Below are positions 1-14,026 of a DNA stretch of 52,003 nucleotides, piece by piece (position 1 is the first letter of the stretch; the number at the start of each line of letters is the position of its first letter). The stretch covers positions 62,001 to 114,003 of the forward strand of contig MU271263.1 of the NCBI GenBank assembly GCA_021432655.1. The letters run 5' to 3'. Made by a program: the position numbers and the translations under genes. This DNA is from Atractiella rhizophila (Eukaryota). The notes below the pieces were generated by a model. The model did no database searches, had not been told where the DNA came from, and saw only the letters and a list, made by a program, of their open reading frames with translations.

Positions 1-218
1 TTCTTCACATTGTCCGCTGAGGTCGATCAAAGGAATAGAACGATAACAACAGCAAGACGATTGTAACGTGTTTCTAAAGCGAGATCGACGCAACACACAA
101 TCCCGAAGTAGCACATGTGCTTATCGAGTATAAGAGGAGGCGTCCCCTTGAGGTTTTCCTTCAACCAAGTTTTCACTCACCTTACTACCTCGAAGTTTTC
201 GGTAGATAATTTGAGAGC

Positions 219-2090
219 ATGGCTGCAATAGATCCGACGCAAATTCCAGACTACATTCCCTATACTGATTTTCTTTATGTTTGTCTTTTGCTCAACATCT
301 GAATCAATTTCGTTATGCTGACTGGATTGTCAGAGGGATACGATATTACCGCTCACGATAGGCCTCTACCTTGCGTTGACGTACGCATGTCTAGTGCATA
401 AAAGATTGATAACGGAGTCTGAGTAGGCTGTTTGGAATCGGCCTTCTTCAATTTTACAATTGCTTCCGGTATGTCACCCAGTACATCTTAACGAGATGAT
501 TGATTTTTGGGACAGATTGCTGCAGCAGTCAACTGAGAAGGAGACCTACAACCATGTCTTCCTCATATCGTTCCTTATTTTGGATCTGGCAGACACGTAT
601 GTCGTTTTCGTCCAAGCGAATATTCTGCTGCTGATTCCCCGCAGTGTGGTCAAATGCATTTATTTCAGTGACAATTCGCGAGCTGCCGCTGTACATGTAT
701 GATTTTTCTCATCGTGTAAAGTATTGGAATGTGGCTGAGACGTGTTCCAAGGGTCTGGCAGCAGCATATATGCCGAGCCCTAAATCAGTCGCCGCCCTGG
801 TTGCGTTTGGTGAGTAACTCTCTGAAGTTGACATCCCCTAAATACCTCTCATCTGCAGGCGCTTTCATTCCTTTCGGTTTGTGCACTTCCTGTTCGTTGA
901 GTTTTGACCAAACTTTGCACCAAGTCACGCACCTGTTCTATATCAAGCGAATCTACACAGTTTCTCGGCGTTGGCAATATCGCTATGTCGTGTGGGCCAT
1001 TCTCGTCCTCTGCTTCCTCACGGGTTGCGTCACTGTGTGCCTCCATTTCATTCAGGTTTAGATTCTTATGCCTGCTTCAGCTTGTCTTCGCCTCCTTATC
1101 AGCACGGGTCGGCCTCCGTCCAGCCGTTTGTATTCTTCCGCTGCTGTGGGGTTGTCTGAACGACTCCGCCCTAGGTGGATTATTTTCCTGCCATCAAAGT
1201 CCTCCCAGTTCCGTGGTTGATGGGAGAAGCAGTAATAGATTTTCTTCGTTAGCCTCTTTATTCCTTAGGTAGCACGATGTTAAGTGCTGAGACAGTATGC
1301 GGCACCCTTGTTGTCTACCTCTACAACCAAAAAACAGATTTCTCGGTCACCAACGACCTATTACACAAAGTATGCGCTACGTTATTAACGCCCTTCGAGG
1401 AAATGCTGACCTGCATCAGTGGAGTACGTAGCCCCGAATCTTTGCGTCGCTTCCTAACATCACCTGCATCAAGTTACAATTACAGTCGAAACAGGTTTAT
1501 CTTTTCTTCGACAAAGAAGAAAACTAAATCCCTCCTAGGTCTTTTTCCAGCTACTGCGTCTTTAACGGACGTGGTTCTTGGCTTGTGCTACCCTGAAAAG
1601 TCATACTAGTGCGTCTCATTATTGAACGTCTGGGAAAGTTTGATGGACCTGCCTTTGAGCCAGTTTTGCAGCAAATTACATCGTTACAAAGGTGGGCATA
1701 CAATTTGTTTTATATTCACCGAGCTCACTCGCCGAGCAGGCTTATATCAACTCCGTCCTTGTGCTCTTCACCAATATTCAACGTGGACGCGTGCGGCAGA
1801 TGCTTTCAGAAGGCAGTCTGGGGAGTCGGACTGGACAACGTCGTCCCATTGATACATACGCGAAGAGCCTTGCGAGCGGAGTGATGGTGCGTCGGCATCG
1901 ACCTGCTTCGCTTGCTAATATCGCACGGCGGTTATGACAGGTGAAGTCACAGATAGATACCTTGCGAGAGCCAGCAATTCCCGACAACTCAGCACAGTTC
2001 GTCGATTTGCGACGAAGTCCGCAGGAAACTGAGGCGGGAACGAAGGGTCTTGGATATGAGACGTATGAGGAAAGACATTATAAACACTAG
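219..2090 (+). CDS. DUF6534-type multi-pass membrane protein (multi-exon)
   Basis: ATG at 219 (MAAIDPTQIPDYIPY). Many short GT-AG introns separate hydrophobic exons: HLFYIKRIY, ETGLFPATASLTDVVLGLCYPEKSY, AYINSVLVLFTNIQRGR. This matches the basidiomycete DUF6534 pattern. TAG at 2088-2090. Confidence 0.7.
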
Positions 2091-2616
2091 CTCTACTAGG
2101 AACTGTGCCAAATATCCTACTCTATGTGTTGATGTATCAGGCGTATATCATGATTCAAATGGGTCGAAGTAATCATTTCAGTGGTTCGAATGATTGCACT
2201 TGACTCATGGATGTAGTAAGCATGCCTTCGAATGATTTATTGTTTGTCCCTAATGTATTTGTCAGTCCGAAGGAGTTACCACCAAATTATACGCAACCAC
2301 TGATGAAATAAGAAATAAGATGAGCCCTTGTTAGACTTAAATGTGCCAAGCAATTGATGAGATCGCTGACGGGGCGGTACCAGTGGTTAAAGGACGAGGC
2401 CATATTTCGCCTCTTCCTAGGGCGAGAAAACATGGAATGCTGTGGTCATCGGGAAACCGTCACCTAGATAGCGACGGCAATACGTTCGACAATGATAAAG
2501 CATAGGCACGTTGTGCAAATCATGATTGATTGCACTGTTACAAATGATAATATCCGGCGTTGACGAACGTAAAGCCAAGCCATGTTTCATTAAAGCTGAT
2601 CGCGAATAAATGATTT

Positions 2617-5033
2617 TTAAGCAGCTTGCTCGTGAGAAATCTTCTTCTCTCTCGTTCGCTCACGAGACAGCCTATCTTGAGCCTGAATCTCCTGCCCGAT
2701 CTCGTAGAGGGGACGAAGAGTAATGTCACGCCTCCAAAGAACCCAGCGCTTGAACCAGTAGGGGAGGGCTTCAGTGATGTTGTACTTCATGAAGGTTCGG
2801 GTTGGCACAGAGAAAGTCTGGTCCAGTTCTTCAAGGGTAAGCTGCTTCGTCTCACTGTGAAGATGTCAGATAAGAATGCAGAATCAGCTGAAAACCTACG
2901 GAAGCCAGAGGAAGATGAAGACAAAAGCGAGAAGGTTGAGACCGGCGTAGAAACCGAAGGCTCCCGTTGGAGTCCTGTTGATCGTTCAGCTTTTGACTGT
3001 CCGATGCGGTAGTACAAGTACTTACAAAGCGTTCAGCATACGTGGAAAGGTAATACTTAAAACAGCAGCCCAGCCCAGACAGACAGACACCGCCCACGCC
3101 ATTCCGTGCTCCCTGTGAGAGAGAGGGAATACCTCCGCAGAATATGCGAAAGGCACAGGCCCTTCTCCTGGAGAATAGAAGGCAGCAAAGATGTAAATGA
3201 AGGTTGCGATGAGACCGAGGCGGGCCTTGTTGTCCCCACCGTCGGAAGGGATCAAGAAACAGAGACCAGCAACCAGAAGGGACCAAGCCATGTTCGGGAA
3301 GGTGAAGAGAAGTAAGGTTCTTCGTCCGAAAGTATCGATCTGCAATAAAACTCAATAAACGAAATGCGTCACGTGATGAACCACAAAAACATACTGTGAT
3401 CAGAGCTGGGAAAGCGAAGACGAAATTAATAGCTCCGAAGCCCAAGGAGGCATAAAGAGCTTCCCTGTCAGTTGAGCCGGATTGACGGAAGACGGTGGAG
3501 GAGTAAAAAGCGATGACTTCAGGTCATATCAGCGATTTAGTCAGTGAGATGGTAACATGAACATACTGTTAATACCACACATCTGCTGAGCCAACATGAC
3601 GATGCCCGAAGCCAGGGTTGCCCTTCGAAGACGGGGGATGGTGAAGAGTTCGCCAAATCGGGTGAAGTAGCTTGCTCCCCTCATGACCTTTTGCTCCTCC
3701 GTGATTTGGACGTGGATGTAGTAAAGATCCCTGGCGGCCTGTAACTCAGTGAATCTGAGTTTGACGAGGGATGCCCATGCTTCCTGATACCGATTCTTTT
3801 TGATCAACCAACGAGGCGACTCTGGGCAAAAGTCAGACTAATATCGCCATAACTAGAAAGGCAGAGACAAACCTGGGCAGAAATAGATTCCGATAGCAAG
3901 AGGAAGAGCAGGGATGAAAGCAGATCCGAGCTGGAGCCTCCAAGCAATCTTGCCAGTATCAGCGACGACGACGTTGGCGGCATAGCCAATAAAGATGCCG
4001 AAAGCAGTCTATTGGTCAAAACCAATATTAGATGGTGAGTGCTCAGAAAGTCGAGGACTAACCCAGAGCTGCCAACCCATGACGAGAGCGCCACGGATTT
4101 GTGCTGGCGAGTTCTCGGCGGCAAAGATTGGTACAGTAGATCCCTTTGCACCCATACCGAAACCGAGGACGAGACGGACGACGAAGAGAGCTCTCCAAGA
4201 GTGAGTGAAGGCCGATCCAATGGGAGTAGCAATGAGAACGATAGCAGTGATGAAAATGGTGCCACGGCGACCGAAGTAGTTGTTTAAGGGATCAGAGAGC
4301 CAGCAACCACAGAAAGCAGATCCGAGGTAGGGTGCTTGAAGTTTAGAAAAAAATGTTTAACACGCAGCCTAAGTGAAAAATAGATATGGATGACTGACCA
4401 GCATTAACAATGCCCACAATCCATTGGTTCTTCGCGCTCGCGTCCTCAGGAATACCGAATTCTTGAGGAAACGACAAGTTCGCTCCGTTTGAACCAGTTT
4501 GGTCCCAGCCCCTTCAAGAAATGGTCATGCTCATGTTCGTAGACAAGCACAGACGCGAGGAGGGACCACTCACTGTGTAGCGGCGCCGACGGAGCAAAGG
4601 AAGATTGTCACATATCTGTACGTTTCCCCGCCTGTCAGCTATTCGCGTCATCCGTGAGACGGGACGAGAGCAAAACATACAATGTAAGAGGGTGGGACCA
4701 TTTGTGAGTAAGCTCGTGATGGATGACTTTCCTGTCCTCCGCGTTGAGCTCCTCGATGTTATCGTAGTCGAGAGGACGTTGAGCGAGGATTGCTCCTTTC
4801 CTCAGGATCTCGATGTGCCCCTCGAGCCCTTTCTCGCGAGCGAATTCATCAACGTCCTTTAGGAGACGAGCCTTGGGAATACCGGCGAGAGGATTCCTGA
4901 TTTTGGCCTCTACGTTCCTGTTCAAATCGAGAGATTTGGGCTGGTCGATTTGCTGTTCAATATCTTTCTCATCCTTCAAGTCCTCCTCATGAAGGGAGTC
5001 TCGCTTCTCGTTCTTCTCGACGGTCTGTGTCAT
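2617..5033 (-). CDS. MFS sugar porter family transporter (inositol/hexose-like), multi-exon
   Basis: Exons give [65 protein letters not shown] and [12 protein letters not shown], all sugar-porter motifs. Splicing appears to restore a continuous frame. Confidence 0.92.
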
Positions 5034-5754
5034 CTTGACTCTACAACTTCTAGACTCTTTCTTTCGAGAATGAAGCAGAGAATACAGGCGAGGCTGAGAA
5101 CAGAGCGAGGGAATCTGACTGGACGATCAACCTCTTTTAAGGGAGAGGCTAAAGATTAAGGTTGCACCGCGGCAGGTCCTACACGGGCACCCCAGAGCGG
5201 ATGAGTTTAGATCACACGCTACTCCACATTCGCTTGGCCGCGCTAGAATTACTCCATACTATTTGTCAGTCCTGCGATGCCGTTGAGATGTCATTAAAAT
5301 TTTCCTGACCATTTAGACGTGCGCCTGCTTTTTCCTGAAGCCAGATTTGCCACAATTTCTTGCAAAGCAGACCAGCAAGCTTCACAAGCTTCAAATGACG
5401 GCGGGCGACAAAAGAGAGACTAGTGAGGTGAGCGCAAATCATCAACCGATGACATCATAAGGATCAACAACCTCAGATCTGTCCCGTTGTTCCCCGGCTC
5501 TCAGGCATCCGGAGCTGGTCCGGCTAGCAAAGTCGTGTGCTACCACGAAACTCAAGCCTCGACCTGCTGTACATTCAAGTTCATTCTGCTGGCAAAGAGG
5601 CTTCACCGGATAAAAGGAGTCTGGATGCATGAGTAGAGAAAGAATCAAGCTTGCTCTTGCACAGATGTTCAGGAAAGTTTATGCAAAGGTGAAACGACTC
5701 TCTCCAAATCAAGACATTGTGGTCCGGCAGTAAACAATATGAGGATGGAGCTGC

Positions 5755-7680
5755 ACAGCTCCCCGCATCGATCCACGACCTCATCTACGAGATCCAACCT
5801 TTTGCTTGCGCTGCCACGCCCGAAACGGCATGGAGCAAGGTGAAAGTAAGTAAAAGGAGAAACGGATGAGTTGATCGATCGAAAACAGCCTGGAAATGGA
5901 CAAGCATGGAATGAAGTCGGAAGAGGATCATTGCCGACCTCCTTAAGAGCTCACACAGTCAGCAGATCCACTTGTAGTGCAACATCTAGCCCTAGGATCA
6001 AAGTTCAATCTGCTTGCAACAGCTGTGGCTCCATCTGCCGCGGAGGTCGTTTGTTCCCCTGTCGATGGAGCCATGCTACGGCCCATCATGCTCCTTTTGT
6101 GTTTGTGGTATTTTGATTGTTGGAAAAGAGGGCAATCGTCATAGGCTCACCTCTGAGCTGTCCTTCGAGATCGCTTGACAGTACCATCTCTGTTCTCTGG
6201 TTTCTGTCCTTCAATCTCTTCTTATCATCGTGATCATGATCGCCGTCGAAATTTGCGTGTGCAGTGCTACTTGGGATGGAAAGGGAAAAAACGGCGTCCC
6301 TCTCTCTCCACCTCAAGTCTCCTTTTATGGAGCGGGTGACGTCTACGAGCTAACTTTTTCTAAAACTTGTCATCGATTCTTGGTGCATGCGCCTTTCAAT
6401 CGTTCAAATTGAATCGATGAAAGCTTACATTGCTTGAGTCCCTGATCCAACCCAATCATGGAAATCGGGTGGAAAGAAGGAAGCAGAAGCGGGGACGACA
6501 AAGCAAGTTTATATTACATCCCTGTGGGAAAGAGTGTTGGTCAGGCGGTTCCTCCTACCATGTGTAGCAAGAAGTAACAACTCGAAGGCCCTTTTTCGAG
6601 CGAAACAGCCACTTCCCTCGCCCTTGGTGGAGCGCACGCAATTCAGAACATTTCAACACTCTTCCTCAAGTTTGATTGTCTCACCATGTTAGCGGCTTTG
6701 CTTACAGCTCCCCGCATCGATCCACGACCTCATCTACGAGATTCAACCTTTTGCTTGCGCTGCCATGCCCGAACGGCATGGAGCAAGGTGAAAGTAAGTG
6801 AAAGGAGAAACGGATGAGTTGATCGATCGAAAACAGCCTGGAAATGGACAAGCATGGAATGAAGTCGGAAGAGGATCATTGCCGACCTCCTTAAGAGCTC
6901 ACACAGTCAGCAGATCCACTTGTAGTGCAACATCTAGCCCTAGGATCAAAGTTCAATCTGCTTGCAACAGCTGTGGCTCCATCTGCCGCGGAGGTCGTTT
7001 GTTCCCCTGTCGATGGAGCCATGCTACGGCCCATCATGCTCCTTTTGTGTTTATGGTATTTTGATTGTTGGAAAAGAGGGCAATCGTCATTGGCTCACCT
7101 CTGAGCTGTCCTTCGAGATCGCTTGACAGTACCATCTCAATTCTCTGGTTTCTTTCCTTCAATCTCTTCTTATCATCGTGAGCATGATCACCGTCGAAAT
7201 TTGCGTGTGCAGTGCTACTTGGGATGGAAAGGGAAAAAAAGGCGTCCCTCTCTCTCCACCTCAAGTCTCCTTTTATGGAGCGGGTGACGTCTACGAGCTA
7301 ACTTTTTCTAAAATTTGTCATCGATTCTTGGTGCATGCGCCTTTCAATCGTTGAAATTGAATCGATGAAAGCTTACATTGCTTGAGTCCCTAATCCAACC
7401 CAATCATGGAAATCGGGTGGAAAGAAGGAAGCAGAAGCGGGGACGACAAAGCAAGTTTATATTACATCCCTGTGGGAAAGAGTGTTGGTCAGGCGGTTCC
7501 TCCTACCATGTGTAGCAAGAAGTAGTGGGTCAGGCTCACGTTATTGTGTGAGCAACTCGAAAGGCCCTTCCTCGAGCGAAACAGCCACTTCCCTCGCCCT
7601 TGGTGGAGCGCGCACAATTCAGAACATTTCAACACTCCTCCTCAAAGTTTGATTGTCTCACCATGTTTGCGGCCTTGCTT
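5755..7680. repeat. Tandem direct duplication, two ~950-bp units (5755-6703, 6704-7680)
   Basis: Both units begin acagctccccgcatcgatccacgacc and end ...ggc(t/c)ttgctt and are near-identical. Unit 2 has ~28 extra bp near 7525-7551. Confidence 0.95.
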
Positions 7681-9136
7681 CGTCCACCTATATTTGAGCA
7701 AGACATATCGCGAACAACATGTAAGAGAAGCAATAACTTTCAGCCTGCCTTCTCGCTTCGCACTTTAGGAAGTGACAAAAAAGCATATGAATGATATTCA
7801 AGCACGCCGAGGAGGCAAGAAAGGAACGCTTAGTAAGAGAAGGAAAGACAGACTTGAATCCACCGTACTTTTCGATGTTGTTACTTTCATGAATGACTCT
7901 ATTTTCCATCCTCCCATCCATATATTTCCTTTTTTCATTTGGACACTCCTTCGTCGTTGTGGTGCTCGAGATGTAGATGCAAAAGAGGGAGAGAATTAGA
8001 ACTTTGGGAACGCTTTATATGTCCATGCCAGCGCCGCGCCGAAGTCCGGGTGGGAACCTTAGCCAGTTATTCCAGCTTCTCATACGTGATCCGAGAAGTC
8101 TTAAGCTCTTCAAGTTTGATGATCATATGAGCTGTGTGGAACAACTGTCTCATGGACAAATATTCCATTCGGGAGAACGACGGAGAAAGTGAGGAAAGGA
8201 AGAGGTTCCAAAGATAAGTTCGCCCATGTCATACTTGCGCAGAGGCTTGTCGCCCTTGTTATCGGGTTAGGACCTAGTAAACTTCAACTTGAAGTTTGAA
8301 GTGTTGCAGATTGAAAAGGGCATATGCGGCAGACATGATGAATGTCACTGGCAGTCCATCCAAGACATTCTTTGCTGCGTTGCGTTCTTGTGGCGACTGA
8401 GGCAATGTTCGGCATCCTTGTCGAGTGGGAAGTCACTTGGCCCTTTGGGGACGTGCCTTCGACAGGTGAGAACAGATGGGCCATAAAGCTTCTGAGGGCA
8501 CAGTTGGTAGTAATTGTCTAGTATTTGAATTTATTTCTTGTCTGTCTTGTCTTGACTGGACTGGAAATTCATAACACACAGAATAACACAGGCAAAACGG
8601 TGATGCAGCAAGTTGCTGACGTTGTCCAAAGTCATCGAGAACTTGAAGGTTGCATGCTGGGCAATCGGCACTCTAACGTTCGGCATTCACATTAAAGAAG
8701 CCGCTTTTTTTTGGAATTCTTGAGATCAATATCTGTTTTGCAGATGTTGGTACGAACTAGGGCTTGGTGCAATGCTCCCTCCCTGTCTTCTTCTAGTTGT
8801 CAACCTCTTCTCAGCGAACCAACATGAGAAGTAATGACTTACCATGACACAACAAAACAGCTCGCTGCAACTCCCGAACTGGTGAGCTCAAAACATATCA
8901 AGACGTGTAGCAACTGCTCAATTCAAGTACTTTCGTGGAAATGTTGATCTTCAAATCTAGTCAAACTCACGATAGGAGGTGGAACAATATACAATTCCAA
9001 TGTAAGAAGCCCCTTTCCCACCTTCCCGCAAAGGTTTCCTAATTTATATTTTCTGCCACCTTCTTCTCTCCATCTACCAACACCCAACAATCACTAGGAG
9101 GATTTCTCAGACGCCTGAGCTGTCTATCGTGGAACA

Positions 9137-10810
9137 ATGGCCATCGCGATGTGCCGAGTAGCCTCCTGTCCTCCGTTGACCAGTGCAGGTAATAGGTTTG
9201 TCCCATCTCTCCTCTCTGCTATTATTGTGCCCTCATTATTATCACTCAGTGCATCATCCCATTGGCAAATTTACTGCAGTCCTAATCTTGGCCTGGCCAA
9301 GAGATCTCGTACTAGTTGTCCTGGTGCTGTTGCCTACACGAACTCCAGCAGTCCTCAATCCAACCAAAGCTTCAGTCGCCCTTTTCTGCCGGAGATCCTG
9401 CACATCATTATTTCTCACCTCTGCCCAGATGAAGATTGGCTCAGCCTCCTGCATTGTCAACGAGCCTGCCGACTCTTTCTCTCCATCAGCCGCCCCTATT
9501 TCTATAATTCTATATTCCTGCACGATGATCGAGTTCAGCGATTTTCGGCATCCATCATGGGGGACGGATCCAGTGTAGGTCAGTATGTGCAGCATTTAAC
9601 GGTTTACGATAAGAAGGCGGGCCTATCGTATCTCTACTCCGATTCGATGCATGAGAGCTGGGTGGAAACGGCATCGATTTGGCCGTTACTCTCTCGCGTA
9701 CGCTCTTTGCGACTCGGGTCCGTGTACATCACCGCATCCCCTGGATTTCTCAAGTTCCTCTCCTCCTTCCCATCCCTTCAGCGCATCCACTTCGATAAAA
9801 TGGACTTTGCCTCCTTCAAGCTTCTTTCTCACTTTGTTCGTAGCCATCCCCATCTCAGAGACGTCGAAATCAGTGACTCAACGGTTTTCGATATTTATAA
9901 TTCTGGAGAGGAGATCGTTCCCTTGCTTTCAAAGATACAAGCTTCCGCCGACTCACCATTTGCGCGGGTCTCTAACGACCTTCATACCTTGCATTAAAAG
10001 CTTTCTGCCTCGAGCTCACTTACTACGGTATCCTCCCACTCACTGGCCCTATTCACGTCCGATCTTTGCATCTTTCTTCATTGATTTCGCGTGAGATGCC
10101 TGTTGCAGCGCTCGTTTTGGAATGCATCGGTGGGCAGTTAGAGGAACTGTTGCTAGGCGTGGTGTCATCCACCAACCTCGTCGTGCGTCTCTTCTTTCTC
10201 CCACTTCTTTTCACAATCAGGTTTACCTACCTCGATTTGATAGAATTTCAAGGCGGCTGCTAAACATCTCTCTCTTCGATACAACACTGGGCTGAAATAT
10301 CTTGCCTTCGTTCCTTCCATCCTTACTTCCAAACCCGACATCAACTACAGCGCAGAGTATACCTGGATCGATCGATATACTTTCACACCCGCTCCCCTCT
10401 CCGTCGGCGTCTGGATACCTCCGTTACTTTCGAGTCTGACTTCCCGAGTACTAGAGAGCATTTTTGTTCCATTCCGCTTTTCTGAAGTGGATGACTTGGA
10501 TCATCTTCGTTTCACCCATTCTTTCCAAAAGACTATCTCCAAGCATCGCTTCCCTGCTTTCAAGTTCGTGAGACTCGGCATTCCTCAAGGGGAGCACGAA
10601 GCATCCCTCATTCCTTTGATAGTGGAAAAATTCAAGGTGTGGGACCAGGAAGGAATGTTTATGTGCTATTCGCATTGGGATTGGATCCAAATTGGCAATG
10701 TCCAACAACTATGTGAGCTTCATTGGAGAGATCTGTTTGCCGCGGAGAGGAATGGAGGGTTTGATAGTGGCGGCGATGCTTACATGAGGTTTAGTATCGC
10801 GTCTTGGTAA
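9137..10810 (+). CDS. F-box domain protein with LRR/RNI-like C-terminal region (multi-exon; start and exon structure uncertain)
   Basis: FLPEILHIIISHL...LLHCQRACRLFLSISRPYFYNSIFL is an F-box-like motif. It is followed by YVQHLTV and LxxLxL-type repeats (FPSLQRIHF, HPHLRDVEI). Confidence 0.7.
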
Positions 10811-11344
10811 AACTTCTTGTGAAATGTTGTATATTTTCTTGGATGTGGAGTTGACCAGTGACCTCTCAAATTCGAGTGAGCGATGTGACGCAACTGTACA
10901 TTGAGAAAGTTATTAAGAAGGTCTCAGATAGCCTGGTAGAACATGGATACCTGTACTGGTTGCTGATAAACTTCTGTTACAATAAGTAAGTCTAGAGTAA
11001 CGACAGTGGACGACAATTGTGATGGTGATGGTGATGGGAGGTAATGAAACGAAAACTTAAAGAATAACGGCAAGAAACAACCCAGACTCTGAATACTTGC
11101 AAACAAGTACTAGATCCCAATAAGACGATTTCTAAAAGAGACAGTAGACGTTGGAAGCCGGGTCAGGGTATTGTTCTTTGAGAAGGAAGGTATGATGAAA
11201 TATTCTGAACGATGATAGGTATGAAATCCAATGGTGATACCTTCGTGAGGTGCTCAGCACGATGAATATGGCAATATTGTCTGAGGTGGCATTCCCATAA
11301 TGGAATCCTCGTGCTAAGTCTTCTCAAGAGGAGAGGCCATTGCC

Positions 11345-14026
11345 TTAGAACCTCTTATTGGCAGGGTATTCGCTTCCCACGCATCCAGTGCCTGTCATGT
11401 GCTCAGTCTTTATTGGCGTCCTGGCAAGAGAGAGGAGGCACATACAGGTAAAGTAGTGGTTCGGGTCATACTTCTTTTTGATGGAAAGTAATTTCTGGTA
11501 GTTCGCATCGTCTCCAAAATAGTTGTTCGGCCACGAGAGATCTTTGTCCGATGACATGTCAGCACACAGAGATATAGTCACTCAGAGAGAAGTAGCATAC
11601 CATCGGGGTCAGATTCTAGATTCCCCATGATCAATAAATAGGGAAAAAGGTCAACAGCAAAGCAGCCTACCGTTGATATAAGCAGCCTCAGAGCCAATGA
11701 TGTTGGTAAAGTCATTCAGCTGGATGGATCCAGTGGCGCGAATGGCAGTTTGTTGAGCCAGGGTGGCGCCTTGGTCCCAATTGGCGTACCAAACTGTGTG
11801 GGAGATAGCTGTGATGAGGTTTTGTCAACTTCTTGCGTTATGCATAATGAAGCGACATACCAGTCCTCCACGCCTGTTAAATGGATAAGATATTCGATTT
11901 ACAGGAGATAGCAGAGGAACGTACCGGATTCAAAGCCATCGCGCTCGACGGCTGATTCATGACAGCACCTCCAGGGACTTTACGGAATTCTCAGTTCCAC
12001 TCCTGTGTGATGAGATGACATACCGTTGAGGAAGTTGACGCTAGGGAGAGCACCGAGGAACTCGGCAGCCTGATGAAGTTTGTCGTCGTCGTTGAAGAGG
12101 GAAGCTTGCAGCAGACGGCTCATCATTTTCTGGGTATCTGAGGGTACTTCGTGTTGGTTCTAATCCACACCATTATTGCTTTGCGTTGACAATGGACTGG
12201 AAATGGACCCACAGCGAAAGGTTCCCTAGTGGACACCTCGTATTGGCTCGAGTACATAGTGCTGGGAAACAATGTTATGAGCGAGGAACGGGTCATTGCT
12301 GCTGAGGACTTACAAGTTGGTGACGACGGTGACATTGTTAGCAGCAGCCCAATCCTTAAGAGGGTCCCAAAGTGCCTCTTCATCGGCTTGAGAGGTAACG
12401 TTTGGCTTGAAGGCGGCGCCAACGATGAGGTTGGCGGACTGAGTAGCGACGACGAGATCGCTCCACCGTTCGTTCCTCCAAGTCGGTTCAAGCTTCAAAA
12501 ACTGATAGAGTGCTTCAGTATAGCTCTGGTCGTGATTGTGTCAGCATTCGCGTAGGAAAGAAAGACGAAGAGAAGCCGAACCTCTTGTGAGTTCGTGATG
12601 ATCTGGAAATTGTTAACCAGCTCGTTTTGGACAAGAGGGTGTGTTTTGATGGTCCAGGAAGTGATGATCTATTCATTATACCGTTAGCGCTGTTGGCGAC
12701 CCAGTAACTGCTAAGTAGAACAGCGCACCCCGAATCCAGAGCCACCACCTCGAACGGCCCACCAAAGATCGGTGTTGTAGTACTACACAGTCAAGCTCGT
12801 AAAGAGGATGCCGGAAATAGCGACGCGTAAACTCACCTCATTCACGGTCAAATAGAAACCTTCAGCAGTTAAGATCGTAAATTCAAGGACGTTGTCGACT
12901 TCTAAGCCAAGGGAAGGGGAGTAGCGGGAGTGTCCACCTCCCTTTTAAAATTGTCTCAGTCCTTGTCCGGGTTACAAAAGCATGACAACTTACGAGGGTA
13001 TAACCCGAGATGGAAACAGAATCGCAGCCTCCACCGACGACAACGACTCCTTCCTGGTGGGCAGCCTCGTAAAGCTCGAAGAACTGCACTCCAGCACCGA
13101 TTGTTACGGCAGGGCCGACCTTCTTTAGCGTTCCGGTCAGACGGTAGTTGTCGCTAAAATCAATATCCTATTATGAAAACAATCTATAAGCACCAGACTC
13201 CTGCAGTTGGAAAAGCAAACTTTGAGCCTATGGACAGAGATACCAAATGCTCCTTTTGCGGCGGATCCTGTTCAGTGGGTCAGTTTTTCGCGTTCATGGT
13301 AACACCTAATTCATGACAGATAGGCTACCTACCACCAGTAAGCGAGTGCCCAGTGCTCTTGATCCTCACTCGAAGGTTGTGGAAACGAACGAAAGCCATA
13401 ACTGCGAGGAGGTCTCCGATACTCTCGATGTCTGCAAAGACAGGTGGTACCTTTCATCACCTAATCAATTTACGAAGGATTGGATGAAGAGATGAGACCA
13501 ACTCGTCCTTGACCACACGACCCGCTCCTCTCCGTCAGAGTTGAGCAAGAATCGGTACCGTATCCGTCACCCCAAGCTGCCCTTCGCTTAAATGGACGTG
13601 CAAACAGAGGAAAGGAAGGTAGCGCACTGTGAGAAGGATATCCACCGTCGAACTGGGAGATGTATTCGCCAATGGCCCAGTTGTTCGTCAAGTCTGCACA
13701 GGCTGCGGCATCGTACTGTCCAAACTGGTCGTGGCACACAGAGGCGACTGGGGTGACCTTCTTGATTCTTCCACCAACGGTGAAGTTCAAGAGCTTGTGT
13801 GATATTGAGGTAAGCGCGTCGGACTTGACAGAGGAATGATTGGAAAGCATACCGCCCACTCCCAATCTGCTGGCCAACAGCTATCTCCATAACCACAACC
13901 CACGTCAGTTGCCTCGCGGATCTTGAAATGTGAGACTGCAGAAGCTGAAGCCTGGGCGTAGGCGGAGGAGGCGGAGAGGGAGAGGATGGAAAAAACGAGT
14001 GAATGTAATTTTGTTGATGTCTTCAT
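11345..14026 (-). CDS. Secreted FAD-linked oxidoreductase (FAD_binding_4 + BBE domain; berberine-bridge/AA7-like), multi-exon
   Basis: Signal peptide [24 protein letters not shown]. Motifs [59 protein letters not shown] and [14 protein letters not shown]. Confidence 0.92.

Noticed and set aside
5755..7680. Interpretation as paired LTRs or a CRISPR-like array
   Set aside because: The units abut with no internal region, TG..CA ends or spacers.
7700..9050. Possible degenerate transposon or gene remnant
   Set aside because: Only short ORFs, with no identifiable domain or termini.
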